The notes below the pieces were generated by a model that saw only the letters and a program-made list of their open reading frames with translations, was not told the origin of the DNA and ran no database searches. A DNA stretch of 60,616 bases, taken from the IMG/VR virus record IMGVR_UViG_3300037258_000413, positions 1-60,616 of that record. One strand, 5' to 3'. A program made the position numbers and the translations under genes. Origin of the DNA: a virus. Taxonomy: Duplodnaviria; Caudoviricetes. Every line of letters starts with the position of its first letter. Position 1 is the stretch's first letter. This document shows, piece by piece, positions 18,055 to 27,531 of this stretch.

Positions 18055-18564
18055 ATGCCCGACGAGATCCCCCAGATCCAGATCTGCGGAGGGCCGACCC
18101 CGAACACGTCGAAGGTCACCCTCTACCGGTACGTCTGCCCCTACTGCGACGGCAGCGGTCAGTGGTCCGAAGGCGAGCGGTGCATGAACTGCCACGGCTA
18201 CGGCCTGACCGACGAGGAGGGGATCAGGGGCTTCGAGCAGCACGAGATCGTTCTGGCGCCCACGCCCCCCGCTGTGATGCGCAACCCGTGCATCGACTGC
18301 GCGTACCGGCCGGGCTCGCCCGAATCCGAGACCGGCGTCGCGCCCGGAGCCCTGAACCCGTTCTACTGCCACCACGGCCTTTTCCGGCAGGGCGACGGCT
18401 ACGTCTCGGCCGCGAACCTCGACAACGGTCTCCCGCTCGGCGCGATGGTCTGCGCCGGATGGTGGGCGCTCGCCAGCGGGCAGCCGCTGCCCGACCGCGA
18501 GTTCCGCGATCCCGGGGGCTCCGACCGCAGTGCTCAGGCGCCCACCTCGGCGACGGAGGCGTGA
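18055..18564 (+). CDS. Cys-rich protein with DnaJ-type CxxCxGxG finger
   Basis: CPYCDGSG, CMNCHGYG, PCIDCAYRPGSPE. Confidence 0.7.
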   Translation: MPDEIPQIQICGGPTPNTSKVTLYRYVCPYCDGSGQWSEGERCMNCHGYGLTDEEGIRGFEQHEIVLAPTPPAVMRNPCIDCAYRPGSPESETGVAPGALNPFYCHHGLFRQGDGYVSAANLDNGLPLGAMVCAGWWALASGQPLPDREFRDPGGSDRSAQAPTSATEA

Positions 18565-18839
18565 GCGTGGCCCGCCTCACCGAACAGGACCAGGCGTCGC
18601 TCGCCGAGCGCCTGATCGACATCCCTTGGGCCGTGTACCTCCAGGGCGTCGACCGGATCATCTACTGCCCGTGCCTCTGCCTCCAGCAGCCGTGCATCGA
18701 CGCGTTCAACAGCGGGAGCGCCGACAAGTTCGCCCGCGCTACCGGCCGCACGGCATCCGTGTTCGACCGCGGCGGCTTGGCCGAGGTCGAGGTCACCGCG
18801 TACGTCCTGCACTACGGCGTCGTCTGGACCTACCGATGA
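18561..18839 (+). CDS. Hypothetical protein
   Basis: GTGA coupling. Confidence 0.6.
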   Translation: MSVARLTEQDQASLAERLIDIPWAVYLQGVDRIIYCPCLCLQQPCIDAFNSGSADKFARATGRTASVFDRGGLAEVEVTAYVLHYGVVWTYR

Positions 18840-19090
18840 CCGCCCCCACTCCGGACCCGCGCCACCGTGCCGTCGAGACCATCGAACGCGGCCTCATGGC
18901 CATGGCAGGCGAGCCGCCCGCGTACCTCGCGCGCGCCCTCGTCACGCGCCTGGAAGCAGCCGGCCTCGTCATCCGCGACGCGACCCCGCAACGCCCGTGG
19001 GGCCGGTGCGAGTTCCACGAGCTGCCGCAGCCGTGCGCGGGCTGCGCGGGGGACGCGAAGGCCAAACACGACGCCGAAGAGGCAACCTGA
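18836..19090 (+). CDS. Hypothetical protein
   Basis: ATGA coupling; CEFH...CAGC. Confidence 0.6.
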   Translation: MTAPTPDPRHRAVETIERGLMAMAGEPPAYLARALVTRLEAAGLVIRDATPQRPWGRCEFHELPQPCAGCAGDAKAKHDAEEAT

Positions 19091-19446
19091 TGGCCGCGCG
19101 AGCCTCCGCTCCGGAGCTGTCCGAGGCCGCGTTCCAGCGGCGCATCCTCGACTTCGCCCGGCTCACCGGGTGGATCGTCTACCACACCCACGATTCGAGG
19201 AAATCAGAACCCGGATTCCCGGACCTCGTCGGCGTCAACGCCGAGCAGCAACGGATCATCTACGTCGAGCTGAAATCCGACCGCGGACGCCTGACCGGCC
19301 CACAACGCCGATGGCTCGACAAGCTCGCCCGGGCCGGCGCCGAGACCGCCATGTGGCGCCCCGCCGACTGGGATGAGGCCGTCGCCGTCCTGCGCGGCAA
19401 ACTCCTGCCCGTACCGTCCCCCGATAAGCCCCGGGAGGGCCCGTGA
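19090..19446 (+). CDS. VRR-NUC nuclease (putative Holliday-junction resolvase)
   Basis: SEAAFQ...GWIVYH..DSR.SEPGFPDL...ELKS..GRL...Q..W...WRPADW. Confidence 0.9.
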   Translation: MAARASAPELSEAAFQRRILDFARLTGWIVYHTHDSRKSEPGFPDLVGVNAEQQRIIYVELKSDRGRLTGPQRRWLDKLARAGAETAMWRPADWDEAVAVLRGKLLPVPSPDKPREGP

Positions 19447-19853
19447 CCTCGCGCACCCCGCGCCCGGAACGCTTCAACATCACCCTCCACACCAGCGGCC
19501 GCCCCCGACGCCTGACCGACGACCGCGACTGGACCGAATCCGCCGTCTGCGCCGGAACCGACCTCGAGCTGTTCTTCCCCGCACCCGGCTCCCACGGCGC
19601 GCAGGCCAAGGCGGTCTGCTTCGGGTGCCCCGTCATCGAGGACTGCATCCTCGACGCGCTCAGCGCCCCGTGGCTCGACGGGGTCTGGGCCGCGACCACC
19701 GCGCCGGAGCGCGCCCGGCTGCGCACCACGCTGCACACCGACCTTCTGACCGAGGAGCAGCTACGCGTGTTCGCGGCGCGCTTCGCCGGCCACGTGCGTG
19801 CGCGCATCGACTTCAACCCGGCCCTCGGGCCGGACCGCGACCAGGAGGACTAG
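19443..19853 (+). CDS. whiB: WhiB-family transcription factor
   Basis: W....C...D.ELFF...AKAVC..CPV...C...GVWAA: four Fe-S Cys, with GVWAA in place of GVWGG. Confidence 0.9.
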   Translation: MTSRTPRPERFNITLHTSGRPRRLTDDRDWTESAVCAGTDLELFFPAPGSHGAQAKAVCFGCPVIEDCILDALSAPWLDGVWAATTAPERARLRTTLHTDLLTEEQLRVFAARFAGHVRARIDFNPALGPDRDQED

Positions 19854-19856
19854 ACC

Positions 19857-20135
19857 ATGGAAACGACGAACCCCGCGCTCACCCGCGTGCAACTGCGCAC
19901 CCTGCTCGCGGTCACCCGGGGCGAGATCTCCAAGCCCGCGCCCGGCATCGACTACGACGCCCATACCTGGCGCGACGGCGCCCGGAACGGCCGCGCGGTC
20001 ACCGCCCCGGTCGAGGCGCTCATCCGGAAGGGCTTCGCGCGCATCGCCGACGAGCCCGTCGACGACCGGGTCCTGGCGCAGGCCACCCCGCGCGGCCACG
20101 AGGCGCTCAGCCGGGCGGCGCACCGTGGACGCTGA
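19857..20135 (+). CDS. Small wHTH-like hypothetical protein
   Basis: GGAGG RBS; VEALIRKGFA...ATPRG. Confidence 0.65.
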   Translation: METTNPALTRVQLRTLLAVTRGEISKPAPGIDYDAHTWRDGARNGRAVTAPVEALIRKGFARIADEPVDDRVLAQATPRGHEALSRAAHRGR

Positions 20136-20688
20136 CGAGCGCGGCGCACAGGCCGACTTCGACGGCAACGTCCTGCTCCCCGCCGTCGAGCCGTTCGTGC
20201 TCCGGGCCGTGGACGCTGCGGCCCACCGGGACATGGACGCCGTCGCCGAGGCGTGGAACTCCATCCTGGCCCTCGGCGGACGCGCCCTGTTCATCGCCCT
20301 GACCGCCCTGTCCGAGATGGCCGTCCTCGGCCTGAAGATCCCCGAAGGCGCCCTCGGCCCGATGCCGGTGATCCGCTGGCACCCCAGCGGCGAACCAGAC
20401 GACCCCGGCAAACCCATCGACCCCGACGACCCCGAGCACGCCGCCATCGCGTTCGTCGGGAGGTTCTGCGCGGCCGCCGTCTCGAAGGACCGCCCGATGC
20501 AGCGCGACCTGATGGAGGCGCTCGCGTTCCCGCCCGGCCGAGACGTGCCGGACGCGGCGTCGGAGGAGCGGATGGCCGACGCGTTCGCGATGCTCGCCCA
20601 GTGCGCGGCCGAAGGCATCGAACGCGAGCGCATCCGGCGGCAACGCACCCACCGGCATCCCCGCGCGCGACGCCATTCAGGCCACTGA
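20125..20688 (+). CDS. Hypothetical protein
   Basis: Coupled ORF with protein-like composition. Confidence 0.65.
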   Translation: MDADERGAQADFDGNVLLPAVEPFVLRAVDAAAHRDMDAVAEAWNSILALGGRALFIALTALSEMAVLGLKIPEGALGPMPVIRWHPSGEPDDPGKPIDPDDPEHAAIAFVGRFCAAAVSKDRPMQRDLMEALAFPPGRDVPDAASEERMADAFAMLAQCAAEGIERERIRRQRTHRHPRARRHSGH

Positions 20689-20703
20689 CTTAAGGACTGG
20701 ATC

Positions 20704-21057
20704 ATGACCGACATCACGACCCCCGCACCCGAGCGCCCGTTCGACCCCGGTGTTGTCGCCCGGCTCCAGGCGCGCATCGACAAGCGAGACCTCTGGGGCA
20801 TCGAAGCCGACGTCCACGAAATCCTGCGGCAACTCGCCTACGCCAAGACGTCGCGCCACGAGCTCGCCGAGGACTGCCGGAACTGGCGCGGCCGCTACGA
20901 AGAGACCCGCGGCCGCCTCGAAGCCGTCCGTTCCCTCGCCAAGGAATGGTGCGCCTACGCCGAAGCCCGCACCCAGGACAACCCCACTGCAGCCTTCGCC
21001 GCCGGGAACGCACTCGGCCAGCTCCTGCGCGTCCTCGATGGCGAGAGTGCCACGTGA
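20704..21057 (+). CDS. Hypothetical coiled-coil protein
   Basis: AAGGA RBS. Confidence 0.65.
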   Translation: MTDITTPAPERPFDPGVVARLQARIDKRDLWGIEADVHEILRQLAYAKTSRHELAEDCRNWRGRYEETRGRLEAVRSLAKEWCAYAEARTQDNPTAAFAAGNALGQLLRVLDGESAT

Positions 21058-21275
21058 GCGGCCACAGAGTATCCAAAACCGACATGAAAGCCATCACCGA
21101 ATGGGCCCGTCAACAAGGCTGCGACGTACAACTCAGCCGCGGCCACTGGCGCATCACCTACCAGGGGCGCCTCGTCGGCGCCATCGCATCCTCGCCGGGC
21201 GACCCGCGAGCAGTCCTCAACGCGAGGAGCTTCCTGCGCCGCAACCTCGCCAAGATCAAGGAAGGCCAGCCGTGA
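21054..21275 (+). CDS. HicA-like protein
   Basis: 73 aa, basic; ARQQGCDVQLSRGHWRI...ASSPGDPRA..N....LRR. Confidence 0.7.
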   Translation: MSGHRVSKTDMKAITEWARQQGCDVQLSRGHWRITYQGRLVGAIASSPGDPRAVLNARSFLRRNLAKIKEGQP

Positions 21276-21387
21276 GCGGCCACAGCGACCCCCTGCGCGG
21301 CGACGACACCGGCGAACTGATCGCCCTGGTCGCCGTGGTGCTCGCCGTGACCGCCGTGCTCGTCTTCTTCCTCAACCTCGGAACACC

Positions 21388-21690
21388 ATGACCCTCACCC
21401 CCTTCGCGATGCCCGGCGCCAAACGACCCGCGCCACCACCCCCGGACCTCGAAGCCATCACCATCGACCAACCCCTCGAGCCGATCCGCGGCGCCCCGAC
21501 GCCCCTCCCGGGCCCTCCCGTCAGCCGGCACCTCCCGCTCTACGGCATCCAATACCTGCGCCGCGAAGCACTCCGGCTCGCCGTCCAGCGCTACCACGAC
21601 ATCGACGCCACCGACAAAGAAATCCTCGAAACCGCACACTTGTTCGCCGAATACATCCGCAATGGGAAACACCCCGAAAGGAAATCGTGA
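21388..21690 (+). CDS. Hypothetical protein
   Basis: LRREALRLAV...ILETAHLFAEYI. Confidence 0.65.
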   Translation: MTLTPFAMPGAKRPAPPPPDLEAITIDQPLEPIRGAPTPLPGPPVSRHLPLYGIQYLRREALRLAVQRYHDIDATDKEILETAHLFAEYIRNGKHPERKS

Positions 21691-22160
21691 AGTTCATTCG
21701 CAGACGCACCCGCAAACAACTGAAACGCGAATACGAACAGGCCGCACACGTCATCGCCTGGACCCCCATCGCGATCGCCGGCATCGCCATCGCGATCCTG
21801 CTCGTCGTCGGCGCCTTCTGGCTCGCCATCTGGCTCATCACCGCGTCCTCCGGCACCCGCGGCAACGCCGACGTCACCCGACAGCACAACTCCGGCCAGA
21901 ACCAGGTCGCGCAGAACACCACGTTGCTCAACGCCAGCGCCGTCGTCACCTCAGACGAACAGAAAATCAAGATCCAAGCCGCCAACATCGCCACCCAGCA
22001 AGACCGCCTCGACCTCGCCGGCCTCGAACAGAACTGCCAAACCGACGTCGCCACCTACAACGCCGACGTCCGCAACATCCTCGCCACCGGCTACCTCCCG
22101 GCGGCCCTCCCCACCTCGTACGCCGCCACGGCATGCGACACCCCCACCCCAACCCCCTGA
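21687..22160 (+). CDS. Membrane-anchored extracellular protein
   Basis: One TM segment followed by a helical ectodomain with two Cys and YNAD. Confidence 0.75.
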   Translation: MKFIRRRTRKQLKREYEQAAHVIAWTPIAIAGIAIAILLVVGAFWLAIWLITASSGTRGNADVTRQHNSGQNQVAQNTTLLNASAVVTSDEQKIKIQAANIATQQDRLDLAGLEQNCQTDVATYNADVRNILATGYLPAALPTSYAATACDTPTPTP

Positions 22161-22171
22161 AAGGCACCCCC

Positions 22172-22780
22172 GTGAAGAACAGCAAAACCCGAAGCCACCT
22201 GCGGCGCGTCCGCGTCGGCATCACCAGCGGCATCCTCGTCGTCGTCGCGGCGGTCGCCCTCGCCGCGTGCACCGGCAGCAGCGGCGGCGGCTCCCAGTCA
22301 GCGGTCAACGCCTCCAACTCCACCGCCCAGATCGAATACAACGAGTTCACGAAGGCAGTCCCCTACCCGTACGCCAACGCCGCCCCCTCGAACCCGCTCG
22401 AACGCGAAAACGCAGCGCGCCGGCTCGTCGAGTACAACAGCAAGGGCGACACCAACTACGTCTACATCCAGACCTTCTCCGGCCAGGTCGTCGGCTACTA
22501 CATCACCGACGGCAAGGTCAGCTCCACTAGCACCGAGATGACCTCTACCCAGCAGGTAACCAACTGCGGCGACCAGAACAAGGGCGACGGAGGCGGCTGC
22601 TCGGTCACCGACGCCATCGGCGACGACGGCACCTACGGCGGCGAGGAGGGCGGACAGTTCGGCGTGTTCTTCTTCACCGCCAGCGGCACCCTGGTCGAGA
22701 CGGACGACCCGGTCATCATCTCCTCGGAGCCGATCGCGCTCTACACGAACGTCCCGCAGCTCGACGCGCGGGCCAAGTAG
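22172..22780 (+). CDS. Lipoprotein
   Basis: Lipobox LAAC; LEREN...YVY...GKVSS...DDGTYG...VFFFT. Confidence 0.8.
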   Translation: MKNSKTRSHLRRVRVGITSGILVVVAAVALAACTGSSGGGSQSAVNASNSTAQIEYNEFTKAVPYPYANAAPSNPLERENAARRLVEYNSKGDTNYVYIQTFSGQVVGYYITDGKVSSTSTEMTSTQQVTNCGDQNKGDGGGCSVTDAIGDDGTYGGEEGGQFGVFFFTASGTLVETDDPVIISSEPIALYTNVPQLDARAK

Positions 22781-22800
22781 AACCCCACCCCACCCCACGC

Positions 22801-22827
22801 GGCCCCCGGTGCCCCGGGGGCCCTCTT
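22801..22827 (+). terminator. Terminator hairpin
   Basis: ggcccccgg-tgcc-ccgggggcc-ctctt. Confidence 0.55.
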
Positions 22828-22860
22828 CCATCCGCGACACGAATACAGAAGGGCCCTGAC

Positions 22861-23319
22861 ATGACCGAGACCACCGGGCGCCGCGTCCGCATCGAGAACC
22901 GCAACCCCGACGGCAAGAAAATCCTCTCCGACGCACGCGTCACCATCGACGGCGAAGACATCAGCAGCCACGTCCTGCGCGCCGACATCCACCTCGACCC
23001 CCGCGAACTGCCCACTGCCGTGATCGAAGTCGTGGACATCGATCTCGACATCGAAGCCGAGCTCGCCGTCCGCGAAACGCAGCCGGCCCCGGAGGCGCCC
23101 ACCCACGAGCTCGCCGCGAGCGCCGATCCGATCCTGTGCCTCGGGTGTCTGATCGACCGGCACAACGGCGTGCGCGAAGACGTCCTCCCCGCGATGGTCA
23201 TCCTCAACGGCGCCTCCGTGTGCGCCGACCACTTCAAGATCCAAGACGGGCCCGCGCCGCTGCCGGACCGCACACCCGGCGGCATCATCCTCGGCGGACC
23301 CATCAACGGCGGACACTGA
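22861..23319 (+). CDS. Hypothetical protein
   Basis: Clean ORF with RBS. Confidence 0.7.
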   Translation: MTETTGRRVRIENRNPDGKKILSDARVTIDGEDISSHVLRADIHLDPRELPTAVIEVVDIDLDIEAELAVRETQPAPEAPTHELAASADPILCLGCLIDRHNGVREDVLPAMVILNGASVCADHFKIQDGPAPLPDRTPGGIILGGPINGGH

Positions 23320-23320
23320 T

Positions 23321-23518
23321 ATGCCGCTCAGCCCCTGGTTCAACTTCACAAATGCGGACGGAAAGGTCAGCCTCCACTGCGGGAAATGCATTCGGCCCAT
23401 TGCCTGGTGGCCCGGCGACGCCAGCCAGCACACCCAAGCCATCCGCACGATCTGCGGCGAGCATGACGAGGCGCTCCACCCGGACGACAGCCCGGCCGAC
23501 TACCTGAACGGACACTGA
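23321..23518 (+). CDS. Hypothetical protein
   Basis: Tightly packed ORF. Confidence 0.55.
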   Translation: MPLSPWFNFTNADGKVSLHCGKCIRPIAWWPGDASQHTQAIRTICGEHDEALHPDDSPADYLNGH

Positions 23519-23519
23519 G

Positions 23520-23810
23520 ATGACCGACACTGCCGCCGACACCGTTCGCAAAGCCGGAACCCTCATGCTCACTACGGCCGATGAAGTCTCCCGCGACTTC
23601 CCGACGCCCCCGCTCCTCCCATCCCTAGGCGCCCTCCTCATGGCCCTCGGCGACGAGATGGCCGACTACCCCGCCGTCCACGTCCCCAACGGCATCGGCA
23701 TCGAGTCACGCCCCAACCAGCCGTCCGCAGTCTGGACCGCCGCGCACCGCGTAGCAACCAACTACCTTGACCGACACCAGGCACTCCCGCCCACCCTGAC
23801 CCGAGAGTAA
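23520..23810 (+). CDS. Hypothetical protein
   Basis: Tightly packed ORF. Confidence 0.6.
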   Translation: MTDTAADTVRKAGTLMLTTADEVSRDFPTPPLLPSLGALLMALGDEMADYPAVHVPNGIGIESRPNQPSAVWTAAHRVATNYLDRHQALPPTLTRE

Positions 23811-23820
23811 CGTCATACGT

Positions 23821-24324
23821 ATGACCACCAGCGGCGCGGCGGACCAAAGAGGCGAGCAGCCCACCCCTGCACAGCGGGAATTCGCCAAGGACTTCGACCT
23901 CTCCGTCCAAGACGCCATGATCGTCGACCTGAAACACACCGGCCTGACCTACCAACAGATCGGCAACCGACTCCAGATCTCCAGGGCCGCAGCGTTCCGT
24001 GGCTACGAGCGCGCCATCCGCCGCGTACCCGCCCGAGCCGTCAACGAGTACCGGGAGGAGATGTACGCCCGGATCGGCGCAGCCAGGGAGGCGGTGATGG
24101 ACGTGCTCAACGCACGGCACGTCACCGTCTCCAACGGCGTGATCGTCCGCGACGACGAGGGGCCGCTCGAAGACGACGGCGTCGTGCTCGCAGCGGTCGA
24201 CCGGCTCCTCAAGTTGGACGACCAGGAGGCGAAGCTCCGCGGGGCGTACCCGAAGACGGAGGTCAACCTCACCGGGGCTGTCCGGTACGAAGTTGTGGGT
24301 CTAGCCGGAGAGGAATTGACGTGA
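23821..24324 (+). CDS. HTH protein, probable terminase small subunit
   Basis: GLTYQQIGNRL HTH plus AVDRLLKL...AKLRG; TAACGT -10 lies 7 nt before ATG. Confidence 0.7.
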   Translation: MTTSGAADQRGEQPTPAQREFAKDFDLSVQDAMIVDLKHTGLTYQQIGNRLQISRAAAFRGYERAIRRVPARAVNEYREEMYARIGAAREAVMDVLNARHVTVSNGVIVRDDEGPLEDDGVVLAAVDRLLKLDDQEAKLRGAYPKTEVNLTGAVRYEVVGLAGEELT

Positions 24325-24671
24325 ACGCGTACTTCGGAGAGCCCTGGGGCGCGCCGATCACCGACGGCCAGCGCCGCGAGCCGACACCGCTCGGCGTGCC
24401 GTGCGTCTGGTGTCGGGTGCCGATCGCCGCGGGTGACCAGGGCATCCTGATGGGCGTCGTGGGCCTCGGCGGCGGCGCTTCCAAGCCCAGGGCCACGAGC
24501 ATGCCGTATCACCGTGAGTGCCTGATGCGCTCGACGGTGGGTTCGCCTGAGCACCTGGACGGGAAGTGCACCTGTCGGGGTGGTGAGCGTCCGGCCGAGC
24601 AGACACCGCAGGAGATGCGGGCCGAGGCGTTGGAAGTGTGGCGGCGCGTCACCTCAGGTGAGCTCGGGTGA
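24321..24671 (+). CDS. Cys/His hypothetical protein
   Basis: CVWC...HREC. Confidence 0.65.
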   Translation: MNAYFGEPWGAPITDGQRREPTPLGVPCVWCRVPIAAGDQGILMGVVGLGGGASKPRATSMPYHRECLMRSTVGSPEHLDGKCTCRGGERPAEQTPQEMRAEALEVWRRVTSGELG

Positions 24672-24949
24672 TCCGGACCGAGCCGCCGCAGAGCGCCGCG
24701 TTCACCGCGGCGGTCTACCGGATCGAGCAGATCCTCGGCCCGCGCGCCCATCCCGATGTCGCCGCGGTGATCGACGTCGTCCGCGACGCCCTGGACGGCC
24801 AGTCCAGGTTCATCGCCCACCTGGCACGGTGCGAGGCCGCGGCGTTCCGGCGCGGGGAACTGTCGCAGGCGCCCAACCAGCAGTTGACCTACGACGGCGG
24901 TCTGCGCCGGGGAGCGCGCATCGCCGATGCGCAGCGGAGGCAGGAATGA
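24668..24949 (+). CDS. Hypothetical protein
   Basis: GTGA coupling. Confidence 0.55.
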   Translation: MIRTEPPQSAAFTAAVYRIEQILGPRAHPDVAAVIDVVRDALDGQSRFIAHLARCEAAAFRRGELSQAPNQQLTYDGGLRRGARIADAQRRQE

Positions 24950-25290
24950 ACGCGCGGCCATGGCCACCCGCTCCGGAAAGCCTCACCATCCATCCGGCCG
25001 ACCGGCGCAACCTCGACGAGCAAGTACCCAGCGCCCGCGTCTACGGCGAACCGGTGCCGACCAGCACGCCGATCATCGAAGACCCGAACATGATGCCGGG
25101 CACGCTCCGAGTGCGCGTCGATGGCCGGGACGTTACCTGCACGCTCGACCGGCTCCCCGCTCCGCGCTGGTTAATCTGCGATCCGGTGACGGGCTGGCCG
25201 CCGGGCGCATCCCTGCTCGGCGCCCTGCTGCGCCAGCGCCAGGAGGCTCCCAAGCGCACCGAGGACGCGCCGGTGGAGAACACGCCGTGA
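24946..25290 (+). CDS. Hypothetical protein
   Basis: ATGA coupling; in-frame TTA at 25171. Confidence 0.55.
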   Translation: MNARPWPPAPESLTIHPADRRNLDEQVPSARVYGEPVPTSTPIIEDPNMMPGTLRVRVDGRDVTCTLDRLPAPRWLICDPVTGWPPGASLLGALLRQRQEAPKRTEDAPVENTP

Positions 25291-25691
25291 GGACCGTCAA
25301 TCCGCCTCCCATGAACGCCGAGTGGATCGCCGTGCACCCCTCCCAGCTCGCCCAGTTCGGCGTGCTGTTCGGGGACGGCAGCACGTCGCACTGGTTCGGC
25401 CGCCCCCTAACCGGCATCCCCGCGTACGGCGGCTGGGACGTGAAGCCCGGCACGATCCGCGTCCACACCGACTCCGGGGACGTGAGCGTGCCGTGGAACT
25501 TCGCGACCCGCGTCCCGCAGCAGGGGCCAGTGTGGCGTGAGCCGGAAGCGCCGCTGCCGCCGGCCGACCCACCGCCGCGTAAGCCGGAGCGGGCGCCGCG
25601 TCGGCGTAACCCGCGGATCGGCTGCGAGCAGCTCGCCGGCACGTGGATCCACGGGTCGCCGCACGACTGCCCGACCTGGGCACGCGGGTGA
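25287..25691 (+). CDS. Hypothetical protein
   Basis: GTGA coupling on both sides. Confidence 0.55.
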   Translation: MRTVNPPPMNAEWIAVHPSQLAQFGVLFGDGSTSHWFGRPLTGIPAYGGWDVKPGTIRVHTDSGDVSVPWNFATRVPQQGPVWREPEAPLPPADPPPRKPERAPRRRNPRIGCEQLAGTWIHGSPHDCPTWARG

Positions 25692-27013
25692 GCGACACGG
25701 TGGTGCGGTTCGAGGCGCGCGGCGCCGTCGCCGAGGCCTTCAAATCCCGCGCCGGGGAACTCTTGCTCTCCGGCGCGGCCGGCACCGGCAAGTCCGTCGG
25801 CGCGTTGATGAAGGTTCACCTATCGATGCTCCAATACCCCGGCGCCCGCGCTCTGCTCGCCCGCAAAACCCACGCCAGCTTGACCGCGTCGACCCTAGTC
25901 ACCTACCGGCAGAACGTCGCCGCCGAAGCGCTCGCGGCCGGCATCGTGAAGTACTACGGCGGATCCGGATCAGAGCCCGCCGCGTACCGGTACACGAACG
26001 ACTCCGCGATCGTCGTGGGCGGCCTGGACAGGGCCAGCCGGCTGCTCTCGACGGAGTACGACGTGGTGTTCGTCGACGAGGCCACCGAGACGATCCCCGA
26101 GGACATCGACACGATCATCACGCGCCTCCGGCACGGTGTGATGCCGTATCAGCAGTTGCTGATGTGCACCAACCCGGGCGGTCCCACCCATCACCTGAAA
26201 GCCCGTGCGGACGCCGGACGCTGCAAGATCCTTTACTCGCAGCACGAGGACAACCCGCGGATGTTCCAGGACGGCGCCTGGACGACGTACGGGCAGACCT
26301 ACCTCGCCAGGCTGGAGACCCTGACCGGTGTCCGGTATCAGCGGATGCGGCACGGCCTGTGGGTCGCCGCCGAGGGCCTCGTGTACGCCGACTGGAACCC
26401 CGCGATCCACCTGGTCCCCAAGCTGCCGCCGGGCAGCGAGAAGTGGACGCGCTGGTGGGGCATCGACTTCGGCTACTCCAACCCGTTCGTCGTGCTCTGC
26501 TTCGCCGAAGACCCCGACGGCCGGCTCTGGCTCTACCGGCAGGTGTACTTCAGCCACCGCCTGGTCGAGGATCACGCGAAGAAGCTCCGCGCGCTGGTGT
26601 GCCCGAACGGCCAGTGGATCGAACCGCCCCCGCGCGCGATCCTCGCCGACCACGACGCCGAAGACCGGGCCACCTTCGAACGCCACTTCGGGATGGCCAC
26701 GCAGCCCGCGCACAAGTCCGTGTCCGATGGCGTCCAGGCGATGCAGGCCAGGCTCCGTGTGCAGCCCGACGGGCAGCCGCGCCTGTACGTGGTGCAGGAG
26801 TGCCTCCTCGAACGCGACCCGCTGCTCGTCGAGGCCAAGAAACCCACCTGCTTCGAGGACGAGATCGCGGAGTACGTGTGGCCGCAGGACGTGAAGCCCG
26901 AGAAGCGGGAGGCGCCGGTGAAGGAGAACGACCACGCGATGGACACCGGCCGGTACGTCATCGCCGAGCGTGACCTCGGCGCGCGCCCGCGCTACCGGGT
27001 GTTCCGCTACTGA
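25688..27013 (+). CDS. terL: Terminase large subunit
   Basis: Walker A GAAGTGKS, Walker B VVFVDEA, TNP, GIDFGYSNP, NDHAMD. Confidence 0.95.
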   Translation: MSDTVVRFEARGAVAEAFKSRAGELLLSGAAGTGKSVGALMKVHLSMLQYPGARALLARKTHASLTASTLVTYRQNVAAEALAAGIVKYYGGSGSEPAAYRYTNDSAIVVGGLDRASRLLSTEYDVVFVDEATETIPEDIDTIITRLRHGVMPYQQLLMCTNPGGPTHHLKARADAGRCKILYSQHEDNPRMFQDGAWTTYGQTYLARLETLTGVRYQRMRHGLWVAAEGLVYADWNPAIHLVPKLPPGSEKWTRWWGIDFGYSNPFVVLCFAEDPDGRLWLYRQVYFSHRLVEDHAKKLRALVCPNGQWIEPPPRAILADHDAEDRATFERHFGMATQPAHKSVSDGVQAMQARLRVQPDGQPRLYVVQECLLERDPLLVEAKKPTCFEDEIAEYVWPQDVKPEKREAPVKENDHAMDTGRYVIAERDLGARPRYRVFRY

Positions 27014-27019
27014 CCTCGC

Positions 27020-27055
27020 GGCCCACCTTGGCCAGACCGCTGACCAGGTGGGCCC
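27020..27055. terminator. Hairpin between convergent genes
   Basis: ggcccacc...ggtgggcc. Confidence 0.5.
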
Positions 27056-27126
27056 ATGGAAACGCGCAGGTGGCGTGTCGAAGTCGGGCGGATGCTTGCC
27101 CCCTACCCCGCGAGCAGGTGCGCGGT

Positions 27127-27483
27127 TCAGAACGCGCAGTTGAAGCAGCGCGGGAAGTTGTCGCCGATCGGCAGACCGGTTTCCTTCGGACCCTGGCACA
27201 CGGCGCAGGTCGACAGCGCGTGCTCGACCAGTTCGGCGGTCGCGTCGGCCTCGGCCGCGTGCTTGCCGGTCTCGACCCCGCAGTGGCACGCGAACCACAC
27301 GAGGCTGCCGCTGTCGTCGTAGGCGCGGTCCTGGGTGCGGCAGGCGACGCCGTGGACGTCGGTGCGCGTGCTCTCCCATTCGAGGATGGCGAGCGCGGGG
27401 TGGACGGGGGATCCGCTGGCGCCGTTTTCGAAGCGCTTGGCTCCCGTCAGCCCGTGGACGATCTGGGTTGCGGTCAGGTTCAT
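27127..27483 (-). CDS. Cys-rich hypothetical protein
   Basis: GAGAGG RBS; CAVC...CFNC. Confidence 0.7.
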   Translation of the reverse strand: MNLTATQIVHGLTGAKRFENGASGSPVHPALAILEWESTRTDVHGVACRTQDRAYDDSGSLVWFACHCGVETGKHAAEADATAELVEHALSTCAVCQGPKETGLPIGDNFPRCFNCAF

Positions 27484-27531
27484 GGTGGCCCTCTCGTGTT
27501 CTTGGATAGTGGAGATGATCTGGGCTGTCGG

